A DNA stretch of 63,510 nucleotides, the filler included. It is 6 parts of 6 records of this genome, joined end to end, with 100 filler letters (N's around TTAATTAATTAA, not from the genome) between each part and the next. Parts side by side here need not be neighbours in the genome. Positions count along the whole stretch, not along the records: positions 5,793 to 14,229 come from SRR31156797_45673; positions 14,330 to 43,505 come from SRR31156797_45675; 4 more parts are not named here. One strand, written 5' to 3'. The notes below the pieces were generated by a model, which was not told where the DNA came from, did no database searches, and worked only from the letters and a program-made list of their open reading frames with translations. The translations under genes and the position numbers were made by a program. Numbering within the stretch: the stretch's first letter is position 1; the number at the start of each line of letters is the position of its first letter. Below, piece after piece: positions 10,021 to 19,596 of this stretch.

Positions 10021-11811
10021 ATGGCGTATCGATACGACAAACCGGACAACCTGGTGGACCTCATTGAAGAGAGTGTGAAAGCCCATGGAGACCTGCCCGT
10101 TTTCGGCAAAAAGAATTCCGAAAAGCGCTATGAATGGATTACCTACCGGGAGTTGGGAGTGCGCATTGACAACCTGCGTGGCGGCCTGGCACGGGTGGGT
10201 GTTGAAAAAGATGAAGCAGTGGGCATTATTGCCAACAACCGGACGGAGTGGGCCGTTTGCGCCTTTGCCACCTACGGTCTGGGTGCGAGATATATTCCCA
10301 TGTATGAAAATGAACTGGAAAAGATCTGGCAATATATCATCAACGACAGCGGTATCAAAGTTTTGCTGGTCGCTACAAAAGGGATTTACGAAAAGGTCAT
10401 GGCATTCAAGGACGAAACGCCTGCCCTTGAAGCGGTATACATCATCGATGCGGAGGGTGAAAAGAGCATGGCCGAACTGGAGCGTGTGGGGAAAGGGAAT
10501 CCGGTGAAATCCATTAAGCCGGACCCCTCCCATATCGCGGTCCTGATCTACACCTCCGGCACCACCGGCAGCCCAAAGGGCGTGCTCCTTTCCCACGGTA
10601 ACTTTACAACTAATGTTCTGGCGGGGGGAAAGCTGTATCCGCAATTGTGCAAGGAAGATCGCGGTTTATCCATCCTGCCCTGGGCCCACTCTTTCGGCCA
10701 GACCGGAGAGCTGTACTTTTTTCTCCATGTGGGGGGCTCAGTCGGTTTCATTGAAAATGCCACCACCATTGCAGAAGATATGGCGAAAGTAAAACCGACC
10801 TTTCTCATCGCCGTGCCCAAGGTTTTTAATAAAATATATGCCGGGCTGTGGGCCAAGATGGATGAAACGGGCGGTTTGGCGAAAATGCTCTTTACCATGG
10901 GGGTTGAAAGCGCCAAAAGACGCCGTGAACTGCTGCAGGAAGGGAAATCCTGTTTTCTCACGGATTTGAAATTCAAGCTGGCCGATGCGGTGGTGTTCAG
11001 CAAGATTCGGCAGCGGTTGGGGGGGAGGCTCAAGGGGACCCTCAGCGGCAGTGCCACCATGAATGTGGAGATCAGTCTTTTTTTTTCCGATATCGGGGTT
11101 CCGGTCTATGATTGCTACGGACTCACGGAAACCACGCCGGCGGTCACCATGAACTGCCCCACGGCCCATCGGCCCGGCAGCGTGGGGCGCGCCATTGACC
11201 AGGTGCGGGTGGTGATTGACACCCTTGAGACTGAAACGGATGATGGGGAAATCATTGTTTATGGCCCCAATGTCATGCAGGGTTACCACAACAATCCGGA
11301 GGCCACCCGGGAAGTGATGACCCAAGACGGGGGATTCAGGACCGGCGACCGGGGGCGCCTGGATGAGGACGGCTATCTTTACATCACGGGACGTATCAAG
11401 GAACAGTACAAACTGGTAAATGGAAAATATGTTTTTCCGGCGGCTCTGGAAGAGGAGATCAAACTGCTTCCCCAGGTGGAAACGGTGATGATTTACGGTG
11501 AGGGGCGTGACTATAATATTGCGCTCGTGGTGCCGGATTTCGAGGCGCTGGAAAAGTACGCGAAGGAGAACCATCTGCCTGCCGATCCCGCAGCCTTGGC
11601 GGGGAATGCAAAAGTGCAGGAAATGATTTCAAAGGCTGTATCGGATTCCCTCAGGGGGAAATTCGGCGCATATGAAATCCCCAGGAAATTTCTCTTTATG
11701 CCTGAAACTTTTTCATTTGAAAACGGCATGTTGACCCAGACCATGAAGCTGAAACGGCGCAATGTGCTGGAACGGTACATGCCGGAGATCGAATCCCTTT
11801 ATTCAAATTGA
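10021..11811 (+). CDS. Long-chain fatty acid-CoA ligase (FadD-like)
   Basis: YTSGTTGSPKG; YGLTET; FRTGDRG; TGRIKE. Confidence 0.93.
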   Translation: MAYRYDKPDNLVDLIEESVKAHGDLPVFGKKNSEKRYEWITYRELGVRIDNLRGGLARVGVEKDEAVGIIANNRTEWAVCAFATYGLGARYIPMYENELEKIWQYIINDSGIKVLLVATKGIYEKVMAFKDETPALEAVYIIDAEGEKSMAELERVGKGNPVKSIKPDPSHIAVLIYTSGTTGSPKGVLLSHGNFTTNVLAGGKLYPQLCKEDRGLSILPWAHSFGQTGELYFFLHVGGSVGFIENATTIAEDMAKVKPTFLIAVPKVFNKIYAGLWAKMDETGGLAKMLFTMGVESAKRRRELLQEGKSCFLTDLKFKLADAVVFSKIRQRLGGRLKGTLSGSATMNVEISLFFSDIGVPVYDCYGLTETTPAVTMNCPTAHRPGSVGRAIDQVRVVIDTLETETDDGEIIVYGPNVMQGYHNNPEATREVMTQDGGFRTGDRGRLDEDGYLYITGRIKEQYKLVNGKYVFPAALEEEIKLLPQVETVMIYGEGRDYNIALVVPDFEALEKYAKENHLPADPAALAGNAKVQEMISKAVSDSLRGKFGAYEIPRKFLFMPETFSFENGMLTQTMKLKRRNVLERYMPEIESLYSN

Positions 11812-11992
11812 TCACGGCATTTGAAATTCTCGGCAAAACGTCTTTGCCGGAAGGACCCTGGTCTTTCACATGGTCTTTTTTGCCATCGTGCACTTGATAA
11901 AAACTTTGGGATTTCGGTCCGCCCCATAACTGCCATATTATTTGGATATTTCAGGTCGTCCAACTTTTCGCCCACGGGCCACAAGTCATGGA

Positions 11993-12598
11993 TTAGGGGA
12001 TTGTCCAGGATGCGTTTAGGAGATTTTCTTCCCAATGAAATTTCGCCCGGATGTGACCCGTCAATTTGAGCAGCAGCCAGTCCATTTCATCGAATCGGCA
12101 GACAATGGCGGCAAAATTTTTACGGGCCTCCGGAGGGTCAAGCAGTTTGGGCGCTTTATGGCGGAGAAGATCCGAAGTCGGTTTTTCCGTGGGCGAACCC
12201 GGCGGCATTTCGGCGCAGTAGTTTATCCGATGGGTCGGGCCCACCTTTTCCCATTGGGATTCAGCCGTTTTATCGTCAGTATGGACCGAAGCGGCTCCGG
12301 AAAGACGCAGCTGTATCCACTTTTCAGGATCATAGAACAACCAGCTCACACGGGGATTCTCTTGGATCTGTGAAACCTTGGGACTTCGGACATCACAGTG
12401 ACATATCAATGTCCGTTCTTTTTCCGAAAACCCCCTCAGAATGACGATCCGCCCCCGGGGTTTGTCGCCGTCCATGCTGGTAAGGATCGGCCTGTGAAAC
12501 GGATGCCTGAAGTTTCGAACGCCGTTATGGAGGATTTTCCAGCTTGACGTGAGAACGTCTTCCAGTGTTGAGATATTTTCCTTTTTCCTGAATATCAT
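11993..12598 (-). CDS. Pyridoxamine 5'-phosphate oxidase-related FMN-binding protein
   Basis: PRGRIVILR; DVRSPKV; WLFYDPEKWIQLRLSG; start uncertain (12598 or 12625). Confidence 0.8.
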   Translation of the reverse strand: MIFRKKENISTLEDVLTSSWKILHNGVRNFRHPFHRPILTSMDGDKPRGRIVILRGFSEKERTLICHCDVRSPKVSQIQENPRVSWLFYDPEKWIQLRLSGAASVHTDDKTAESQWEKVGPTHRINYCAEMPPGSPTEKPTSDLLRHKAPKLLDPPEARKNFAAIVCRFDEMDWLLLKLTGHIRAKFHWEENLLNASWTIP

Positions 12599-12824
12599 AT
12601 GAAGTTTCCATTTTTTTAGGTTCAAAAAACACGGAAAATCCTCGCGATTTTTTCATTTTTCATCATATTTCACCATCCTGGCATGAAAACCGTCATCCGG
12701 GTATTGTAGTCCGTGTTCCAACCGGAAGCAAGGATATACCCGCCGCTTTACGTCTTTGCCCCTTTGTGGTAACCATTGACGTGGAGGGGTTAAATGACCA
12801 TATTTCTTACCGGAAAGGGCTTTT

Positions 12825-13022
12825 ATGGAAAAGGCGGATAGACCGCACCTGATCGCATGCGGCATTTTGCAGGAATAGATGGACCGGCTTCTGGAACAGG
12901 GCGCCATGGATTTCGAGGTCATTCTGGAGCAACGAAACATCGGTCTTGGGGGTCTGAAACAGGTATTGCAGGAAGCCTTGGCGCGAAACGGACGGCGGTA
13001 TGAACCTGACGCCGCCCAATGA
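12825..13022 (+). pseudogene. Short DUF1638-like remnant with in-frame TAG
   Basis: MEKADRPHLIACGILQE*MDRLLEQGAMDFEVILEQRNIGLGGLKQVLQEAL...; TAG at 12876-12878; not in the ORF track. Confidence 0.5.
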
Positions 13023-13038
13023 AATAGGAGGGAAGTCC

Positions 13039-14052
13039 GTGCAAAATCCAATGATGCAACTCATGGAAAAATACCAAAGGGGCAATCGTCCCGTCTTTCA
13101 CCTGGGGCCGTTCTTGCCCATTTCAGGCATTTTGGAGGCCGGATTGTCCTTCAACGACGCGTTCCGGGATGCTGAAACCATGACCCTCGCGGCACGGATG
13201 AATTTCCAACTGGGATTCGAATCCACCGTGCTCCCCTTCGATCTCAACGTGGAAGCGGAAATCTTGGGGGCCGGGGTTTGCTATCACGACGGTTTCGAAG
13301 GTCACCCGGTCTATCCCACCATCGGGCGCAGACCCGTGGCAAAGGTGGAAGACGTGGTCATTCCCAAGGATATTAAAATCGCCGGACGCATGCCGGCCAT
13401 TCTGGAAACCATTGGGTCCCTCAAGGATGCCGACCCCGCCCCGGGCGCCGTGGGGGTTTTCATGCCGGGCCCTTTCACCCTTGCGGGCCAGGTCATGGAA
13501 CCGGAGCTTTTGTTCATGATGCTCCTCAAGAAGCCGGATGAGGCCCGGGGGATTTTAGCGCGGCTGACGGAATTCATTAACGGGCTCAAGTCCGTTTATG
13601 CGGCGGCGGGGGCCGATTTCATGGTGGTGGAAGAGGGCGGGGCCGCAAGCGTTTCCCCCCGCATATTCAAGAAATTGCTGTTGCCGAACCTTCAAACGGT
13701 TTTTGCGGAAAAACCCTGCCCCATGGTCATCTCCTTCATCGGCGGCACGGATCAACACGTGGATTTTCTTTTGGCATGCGATCCGGACGGCGTCAATATC
13801 GATCGTCAGTGCCATACGGCGCGGGCACGGGAGAAGATCCCCGCCGGGCTGCCCCTCTTTACCGGGGTCGGGTCCCATGACATGCTGGCCGACGGAAGCG
13901 TGGAAGCCATTGAGGCATCGGTGCGTCGCCCCCTGGACCTGGGTGCCACGGCGGTGGGGCCGCCGGCGGATATTTATCCGCCCGCCAAAAGGGAAAACAT
14001 CATGGCATTCGTCCGGGCCGTCCGGGAATACCCGCAAGCCGCCAATGGCTGA
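13039..14052 (+). CDS. Uroporphyrinogen decarboxylase / methylcobamide methyltransferase (MtaA-like) family protein
   Basis: LPFDLNVEAEILGA; GPFTLAGQ; ENIMAFVRA C-terminus; GTG at 13039 after AGGAGG. Confidence 0.8.
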   Translation: MQNPMMQLMEKYQRGNRPVFHLGPFLPISGILEAGLSFNDAFRDAETMTLAARMNFQLGFESTVLPFDLNVEAEILGAGVCYHDGFEGHPVYPTIGRRPVAKVEDVVIPKDIKIAGRMPAILETIGSLKDADPAPGAVGVFMPGPFTLAGQVMEPELLFMMLLKKPDEARGILARLTEFINGLKSVYAAAGADFMVVEEGGAASVSPRIFKKLLLPNLQTVFAEKPCPMVISFIGGTDQHVDFLLACDPDGVNIDRQCHTARAREKIPAGLPLFTGVGSHDMLADGSVEAIEASVRRPLDLGATAVGPPADIYPPAKRENIMAFVRAVREYPQAANG

Positions 14053-14138
14053 TATTCACGGCTTCCAAGAAATTGAGACGGAAGCATTCTACCGCTTCCA
14101 TGATCAGATCCGGGTTCCAGATTGACCCGTTTTTTCCC

Positions 14139-14167
14139 TTGACTTTCCGCTTCGGCTGTCTCAAAAT
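14139..14167 (+). promoter_or_regulatory. Sigma70-like promoter upstream of the riboswitch
   Basis: TTGACT-17-CAAAAT. Confidence 0.5.
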
Positions 14168-14177
14168 GCCGGAATTA

Positions 14178-14229
14178 AGGTGCTCATTTTGGGCTTAATA
14201 GGGAATCCCGTTAGAATCGGGAGCGGTCC
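14178..14229 (+). promoter_or_regulatory. Cobalamin riboswitch, 5' part (cut by contig end)
   Basis: AGGTGC...TTAATAGGGAATCCCGTTAGAATCGGGAGCGGTCC fits the conserved cobalamin riboswitch 5' core. Confidence 0.85.
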
Positions 14230-14329
14230 NNNNNNNNNNNNNNNNNNNNNNNNNNNNNNNNNNNNNNNNNNNNTTAATTAATTAANNNNNNNNNNNNNNN
14301 NNNNNNNNNNNNNNNNNNNNNNNNNNNNN
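14230..14329. other. Artificial contig spacer
   Basis: N-TTAATTAATTAA-N. Confidence 0.98.
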
Positions 14330-15427
14330 ATGGTCGGTGTAGGCCACGTAGGCGGCAAATACATCCGCCTGTTTGATGAACAGTTTCTTCTCGGTGTCGT
14401 TGAGCTGATCCCACCTCTTGATCAGATCATCGGGCCAGGGTGTCAGCTTGGCATCAGCCGGTATCACACCGAGCTTTTTCTGGTTGGCGAAGATGGTCTC
14501 GCGAAGCTTGTGCCAGCCATCGTCGAACAGGTGCATCTTGCTGATCTTCTCGATCCACTCCGGTGTCGGGTGATGCGGGGCATGGGTGGCGCCGGGTGCA
14601 TAGTAGACGAAGAAGGGTTGATCCGGATTCAACGCGTCAACCGTCTTCATGTGCTCAATGGCCTCATCCGCCATCGCCGTGACCAGATTGTAGTTCGGGT
14701 CTTTATCGTATGGGTGGATTTGGGTGGTGTTCCGATACAGGTTGCCCGGCTGCCACTGGCTGGTATCACCACCCATAAACCCGTAGAAATGATCGAAACC
14801 CATGCCAATAGGCCACTGGTCATAGGGCCCGATCTTGCTGACCTGGAGATCCGGTGTATTGTGATTTTTACCGAACCAGGAGGTCACATAGCCGTTTTCC
14901 TTGAGGATTTTTGCAATGGTCGCATTATCCTTGGTGAAGAGACTGTTGTAGCCGGGATAGCCGGTGGACAATTCCGGGATCGAACCCGTGCCCATCTGGT
15001 GATGGTTGCGCCCGGAGAGCAGAGCCGCCCGTGTTGGCGAGCACACGGCCGTGGAATGGAAGTGGGTGTAGCGCAGACCCTCCTTGGCAACACGATCCAT
15101 ATTCGGCGTGGGTATGACGCCCCCGAAAGTGCTGGACACACCATAGCCCGCGTCGTCGGTCATGATCAGGAGAATGTTGGGCGCACCTTTCGGCGGCACC
15201 ACGCGAGGCGGCCAGTAAGGTGTCGAATCAATGACATTACGTTCGATCTTGCCGCCGAAGTGCTTATCGGGCGGCGGCGGAAGCTGCTTGCCGTTGATGG
15301 TGGTAGTGGCGCTGGGTGATCCCGGTACGCCTGTGGTCTCCAGAGCCATCACCGACAAAGCTGTGAATGTCATAGCGATGAGAGAAAAAATGATCGCTAC
15401 TGCCGTGAATCGGATTTCTTGTTTCAT
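14330..15427 (-). CDS. Arylsulfatase (Cys-type), exported; 3' truncated by contig end
   Basis: Signal peptide; PNILLIMTDD; CSPTRAALLSGR; GKNH. Confidence 0.92.
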
Positions 15428-15582
15428 ATTCTGCTCCCTTCATTTCCACCTGAAAATGTTAGTTCGTGCCGAAAGCGTTTCTTGTTTTTATGTTCTGCCA
15501 CTCCCCCTGTTTCATGGTCAAAGGCCGGGTTTTCATATTAAATTCTTTTATGGTTCCATTACAGCCCTTCATAAAGGGGTCC

Positions 15583-16044
15583 CTATAAAGACCTCCTACC
15601 GTCCTTTTCCATTTCCTTGTCCCCGTCTAGTTCGGGCCTATTTCCGGGGCCTGCTCTGACCTGGGTTTTGAAGAAGCGCTCAACGGCATCCAGCAGCGAC
15701 TGTTCACGAAACGGTTTTTTCAGGTAAGCGATGGCCCCTGCTTTGGTCGCACTCTCCTGCCACTGGGGAATATCGTGGGCGGTCATGAAAATGACCGAAT
15801 TCGTTGCCCCCCTTGACGCCAGTTTCTCTTGAAGCTCCAGGCCGTTCATCCCCGGCAGGCGGATGTCCAGAATCAGGCAGCCTTCGCCGGGGGAGATGGT
15901 TGACTTGAGGAACTCTTCCGCGGACCCGAAGGTCAGGGCATAAAACCCTGCCGACCTCAGCAGCCGTTCAAGGGCCCTTCGGATGGACGCGTCATCGTCT
16001 ACCACATAGACCATCGATGTTTTTTGTTTCGCCCCGCTTCCCAT
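15583..16044 (-). CDS. Single-domain response regulator
   Basis: VVDDD; ILDIRLPGMNG; MTAH; KKPF. Confidence 0.88.
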   Translation of the reverse strand: MGSGAKQKTSMVYVVDDDASIRRALERLLRSAGFYALTFGSAEEFLKSTISPGEGCLILDIRLPGMNGLELQEKLASRGATNSVIFMTAHDIPQWQESATKAGAIAYLKKPFREQSLLDAVERFFKTQVRAGPGNRPELDGDKEMEKDGRRSL

Positions 16045-16180
16045 TTGAAATGAAACTCCCCGGGGGGATAAATCATAAAGCGGTCACCTCGAGGAATAGG
16101 CGCCGCCGTCAAAAGCATTCAGTGTGAAGTCTATGGGAAGTGAAAAAGAAAAGATATTGGACTTTGGTCTAATGAAGGGG

Positions 16181-16807
16181 TCAGGGTTCGCGAATACCGA
16201 TGCGCAGGGTTTCGGCAAACCGGACCAGGTCTGCAAAGGATTCGGCTTCCATCTTCTGCATCACCTGGGCCCGATGCACCTTAACGGTCTTTTCGGTTAT
16301 CCCCAGATCGCAGGCAACCTGTTTGTTCAGCATGCCGCTTGAAACCAGTTTGAAGACCTCGCGTTCCCGGGGGCTCAGCGTTCGCAGCCTGGCGGTGAGG
16401 ATTTTCATTCGCTTTTCCCGTTTCAAGAGAATGTGGCTTTTTTGAATTGCCCGGGAAACCGCCTCCAGAAGTTCATGCGCTTTGAAGGGTTTTTCCAGAA
16501 AATCCGTTGCCCCGGCCTTTAAAGCTTTGACGCTGTCAGGGACCGTACCGTAGGCCGTAATGAAGATAATGGGGATAGGAATCTCCTTTTCGGCCAGGCG
16601 CTCCTGGAGCTCCAGCCCGGTCAGCTTCGGCATTCTGATATCCGACACAAGGCAGCACGGCACATGGGGAAGGCCGTAATCCATGAATTCCAGCGCTGAA
16701 GCAAATGTCTTGGTTCCGTAGCCGCCAGATCGCAGCAACCGTTCCAACGCCTTTCTGACAGATGGGTCGTCATCCACCACATAGACAATGGGGTTTTCAT
16801 CCATCAT
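16181..16807 (-). CDS. FixJ/LuxR-family response regulator
   Basis: Receiver domain plus LSPREREV...TVKVHRAQVMQKM; ATG overlaps the kinase stop. Confidence 0.92.
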   Translation of the reverse strand: MMDENPIVYVVDDDPSVRKALERLLRSGGYGTKTFASALEFMDYGLPHVPCCLVSDIRMPKLTGLELQERLAEKEIPIPIIFITAYGTVPDSVKALKAGATDFLEKPFKAHELLEAVSRAIQKSHILLKREKRMKILTARLRTLSPREREVFKLVSSGMLNKQVACDLGITEKTVKVHRAQVMQKMEAESFADLVRFAETLRIGIREP

Positions 16808-18834
16808 GCCGAATCTCCGCGATGCATGGGAAGGGTGAAGGCAAAGACGGCGCCCCCTTCCGGATGGTTGGATGCACAAATGGTTCCCTTGTGTTCTCTG
16901 ATGATGGTCTGGCTGATGGGAAGCCCCATGCCCATGCCATCGGGTTTTGTTGTGTAAAAGGGTTCAAAGAGGGCTTGAGCGCTCTGTTCGTCAATACCGG
17001 TCCCAAAGTCTTTTACGGACACTTTTACATTCAATCCATTTTGCGTTTCGGTTCTGATTATCAGTCGTCGCCGGTGGGCGGGCGCCTGCTTCATGGCGGA
17101 GGCCCCGTTTAGAATCAAATTGATGACCACCTGCTGCAATTGAACGTGATCCCCTAAGACCGGGGGCAGTCCAGAAGAAAAATCACTGATGATCACCAAT
17201 TCCCGTAGCAGAGAGTCGGCACGCAGAAGCGGGAGCACTTCCCCGATCAACCCGTTTACGTTCAGGGGGGTAAACGGGATCGGTTGTTTTTTCAGCAGGG
17301 CACGGATTTTTGAAATGATACTGCCGGCCCGAGCATTGTCCCTGCTGATGTCTTCGAGGATTTGCCGAACCTCGTTCATGTCCGGTTCTTCTTCCTCCAG
17401 GAACCGTATGGCGGCTTCCGAGTTACTTTGAATGGCCGTGAGCGGTTGGTTGATCTCATGGGCCAGGGAGGCGGTCAACTCTCCCATGATCCCCATCCGC
17501 GTCACATGAGCCAGATGCTCCCATTGCTTTCGGGCCTTCACTTCCGCTTTCATGCGCTCGGAGATATCCTTGATCCTGTGAACGATGCGGGTGACGTTCC
17601 CTTCTTGATCGATGATCGGGTCTGACGTTATCTGGTACCATGCGTCCCGTTTCGGATCGTAGGTTTCCTCTTCCTGATGATCCCCCGATTGAAACGATTG
17701 TCTGACAGGACAATCGAGAGACGCTTCCTTTGTTTCATGCATCAAATCATGACAATGCCGGCCCAGAATTTCCGGCGATGACAGACCAAAAAAGGTGATG
17801 GCCGCGGCATTGTGTCGACGGATTTTCAAATCCGCATCCAGAATCATGATAATATCCGGCGTGGAATCAAAGGTGGTCTGCCATTCCTCAGCCGCCTTCC
17901 GAACACTCTCTTCCATTTCTTTCCGTTCGGTGATGTCCACGGACGCACCCATGAGGCGAAACGGTTTGGCGGCGCCATACCGCTGTCCTCGCGAACCGAT
18001 CCAGCGGATGCTTCCGTCAGGGTGCAAGATCCGAAATTCAACCACAAGGTTGTTTCCAGTTTGAAGGGACCGAGCCACAGCCTGTCGAACCGGTTCATGA
18101 TCATCGGGATGAATGACGCTGAGGAAACGCTCATAGGTTACTTTCTCATGGGGTGAAAAATGAAAAAAATCCCTGTTTATTTCCGAAACCCAGACGTCAT
18201 CGGTGTCCGCATTCATTATCCAGAGCCCTACTCCGGCGGCATCGGTTGCCAGCTTCAAACGGCTCTCACTTTCCTGCAATTCATAATCCGCCCGTTTTCG
18301 AACGATAGCATTGGCGAAAACCTGTGCGAGCAATTCCAACTGTTTTACCAGCGGTTTCGGCCAGGTGCGTTCTTCACCCATGGTACCGAAGCTTAAGGCC
18401 CCAATGAGCAGGTCATCCCCTCCAACCGAGAGGGGAAAAGCCAAAGCTGACTTCACCCCGTAGTGGCGCCAGACTTCCTTATCCCTCGCGGCCTCTTTTG
18501 GCGCCTCCTCCGTCGAAATGGCGACGATATTGCCCGATTTTAATTGCTCCAAAACCCAGGGATGAGTAGCCTCCGCCTCCATCTTTTCAGGCAAAGGCGG
18601 TCCTCCCGGAGGCCGATGGACGTGGGTCATATATAGGACACGGCGATCTTCAAGGGGCGCCTGCCAAAGGGCTGAGAAATCCAAGCCCAGCAGTTCGCAG
18701 ACACGGCGCTGGGAGTCCAGAATCACGTCGTCGATCCTTTCAGCAGGCAGATTGATGAAGCCCGCCGAAATTTCGGAAAGCAGCGTCTCAAACATCAGCC
18801 GGCGCTTCAGCCGTTCCTCGGTCGAATTATCCAT
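16804..18834 (-). CDS. Cytoplasmic GAF-PAS-PAS sensor histidine kinase (FixL-like)
   Basis: IHPDD PAS; AHEINQPL H-box; DFGTG; FYTTKPDGMGMGL; no obvious TM segment. Confidence 0.9.
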   Translation of the reverse strand: MDNSTEERLKRRLMFETLLSEISAGFINLPAERIDDVILDSQRRVCELLGLDFSALWQAPLEDRRVLYMTHVHRPPGGPPLPEKMEAEATHPWVLEQLKSGNIVAISTEEAPKEAARDKEVWRHYGVKSALAFPLSVGGDDLLIGALSFGTMGEERTWPKPLVKQLELLAQVFANAIVRKRADYELQESESRLKLATDAAGVGLWIMNADTDDVWVSEINRDFFHFSPHEKVTYERFLSVIHPDDHEPVRQAVARSLQTGNNLVVEFRILHPDGSIRWIGSRGQRYGAAKPFRLMGASVDITERKEMEESVRKAAEEWQTTFDSTPDIIMILDADLKIRRHNAAAITFFGLSSPEILGRHCHDLMHETKEASLDCPVRQSFQSGDHQEEETYDPKRDAWYQITSDPIIDQEGNVTRIVHRIKDISERMKAEVKARKQWEHLAHVTRMGIMGELTASLAHEINQPLTAIQSNSEAAIRFLEEEEPDMNEVRQILEDISRDNARAGSIISKIRALLKKQPIPFTPLNVNGLIGEVLPLLRADSLLRELVIISDFSSGLPPVLGDHVQLQQVVINLILNGASAMKQAPAHRRRLIIRTETQNGLNVKVSVKDFGTGIDEQSAQALFEPFYTTKPDGMGMGLPISQTIIREHKGTICASNHPEGGAVFAFTLPMHRGDSA

Positions 18835-19201
18835 AAAGTGCCTATTGTATTAAAGGTTTGGCCCAATAATTTCATGCGCTTTCAAACCGTTGGGTGAAAA
18901 AAACCGGTTTTGACGTTGGAAGGGAACAAAACAGGGATATTTTTAACCCAAAAGACCATGGAAAATCAAGGTCCATAGATCCCCATGCCCTCCGCTCAGC
19001 AAAAGAGCATTTTGCACCCCATTGGACCAAAGTCCAATATCCTTTCTTTTCCCATACCTGTATGGTTTATCCAATCCTCAACCGGTGGGTTCGGCTTTTC
19101 TTTTGGGACAGCGGGATAAATCCGGTTAAAAAAGAGCATTTCAGGGTGAAGCACCCCATAAGCAAACAAAAACCCGAACCGAAAAATGAAAGGAGTGACC
19201 G

Positions 19202-19537
19202 ATGAAAAGGCATGGATTGAAACACCCGGTTGTTGTGGCGCTTTTCGCGCTGATTGTTGGCCTTATGCTCATGGCGCCGACCGGCGAATCAAACGCCCGC
19301 GACCGTGGATTCAACCAGCCCGGCCGAGCGGGAAACACCGGTGGGGACCCCGGCATTAACCAACCCGGCCCGGCCGGCAATAGAGGGGATGACCCCGGGA
19401 TCAACCAGCCCGACCGAGCGGGAAACAGAGGGGCGGACCCCGGCGTTAACCAGCCCGGTGCAGCGGGAAACACCGGAAGGGATCCCGGCGTCAACCAGCC
19501 CGGCGCAGCAGGAAACAGGAGAGGTATTCGCCGCTGA
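19202..19537 (+). CDS. Small secreted protein made of five 15-aa repeats
   Basis: RBS AAGGAG; signal peptide ending SNA; repeats DPG(I/V)NQPGxAGNxGx. Confidence 0.8.
   Translation: MKRHGLKHPVVVALFALIVGLMLMAPTGESNARDRGFNQPGRAGNTGGDPGINQPGPAGNRGDDPGINQPDRAGNRGADPGVNQPGAAGNTGRDPGVNQPGAAGNRRGIRR
19301..19525 (+). repeat. 5 x 45-bp in-frame tandem repeat
   Basis: Units DRGFNQPGRAGNTGG, DPGINQPGPAGNRGD, DPGINQPDRAGNRGA, DPGVNQPGAAGNTGR, DPGVNQPGAAGNRRG. Confidence 0.9.
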
Positions 19538-19596
19538 CGGGCCGCCGTGGGCGGCCACAACCGCAGGCGTCTTTACCGGAAAATAAGGAGCCGTCT

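Noticed and set aside
19301-19525. Regularly spaced repeats as a CRISPR array
   Set aside because: Units are contiguous 45-bp in-frame coding repeats with no unique spacers, and there are no cas genes
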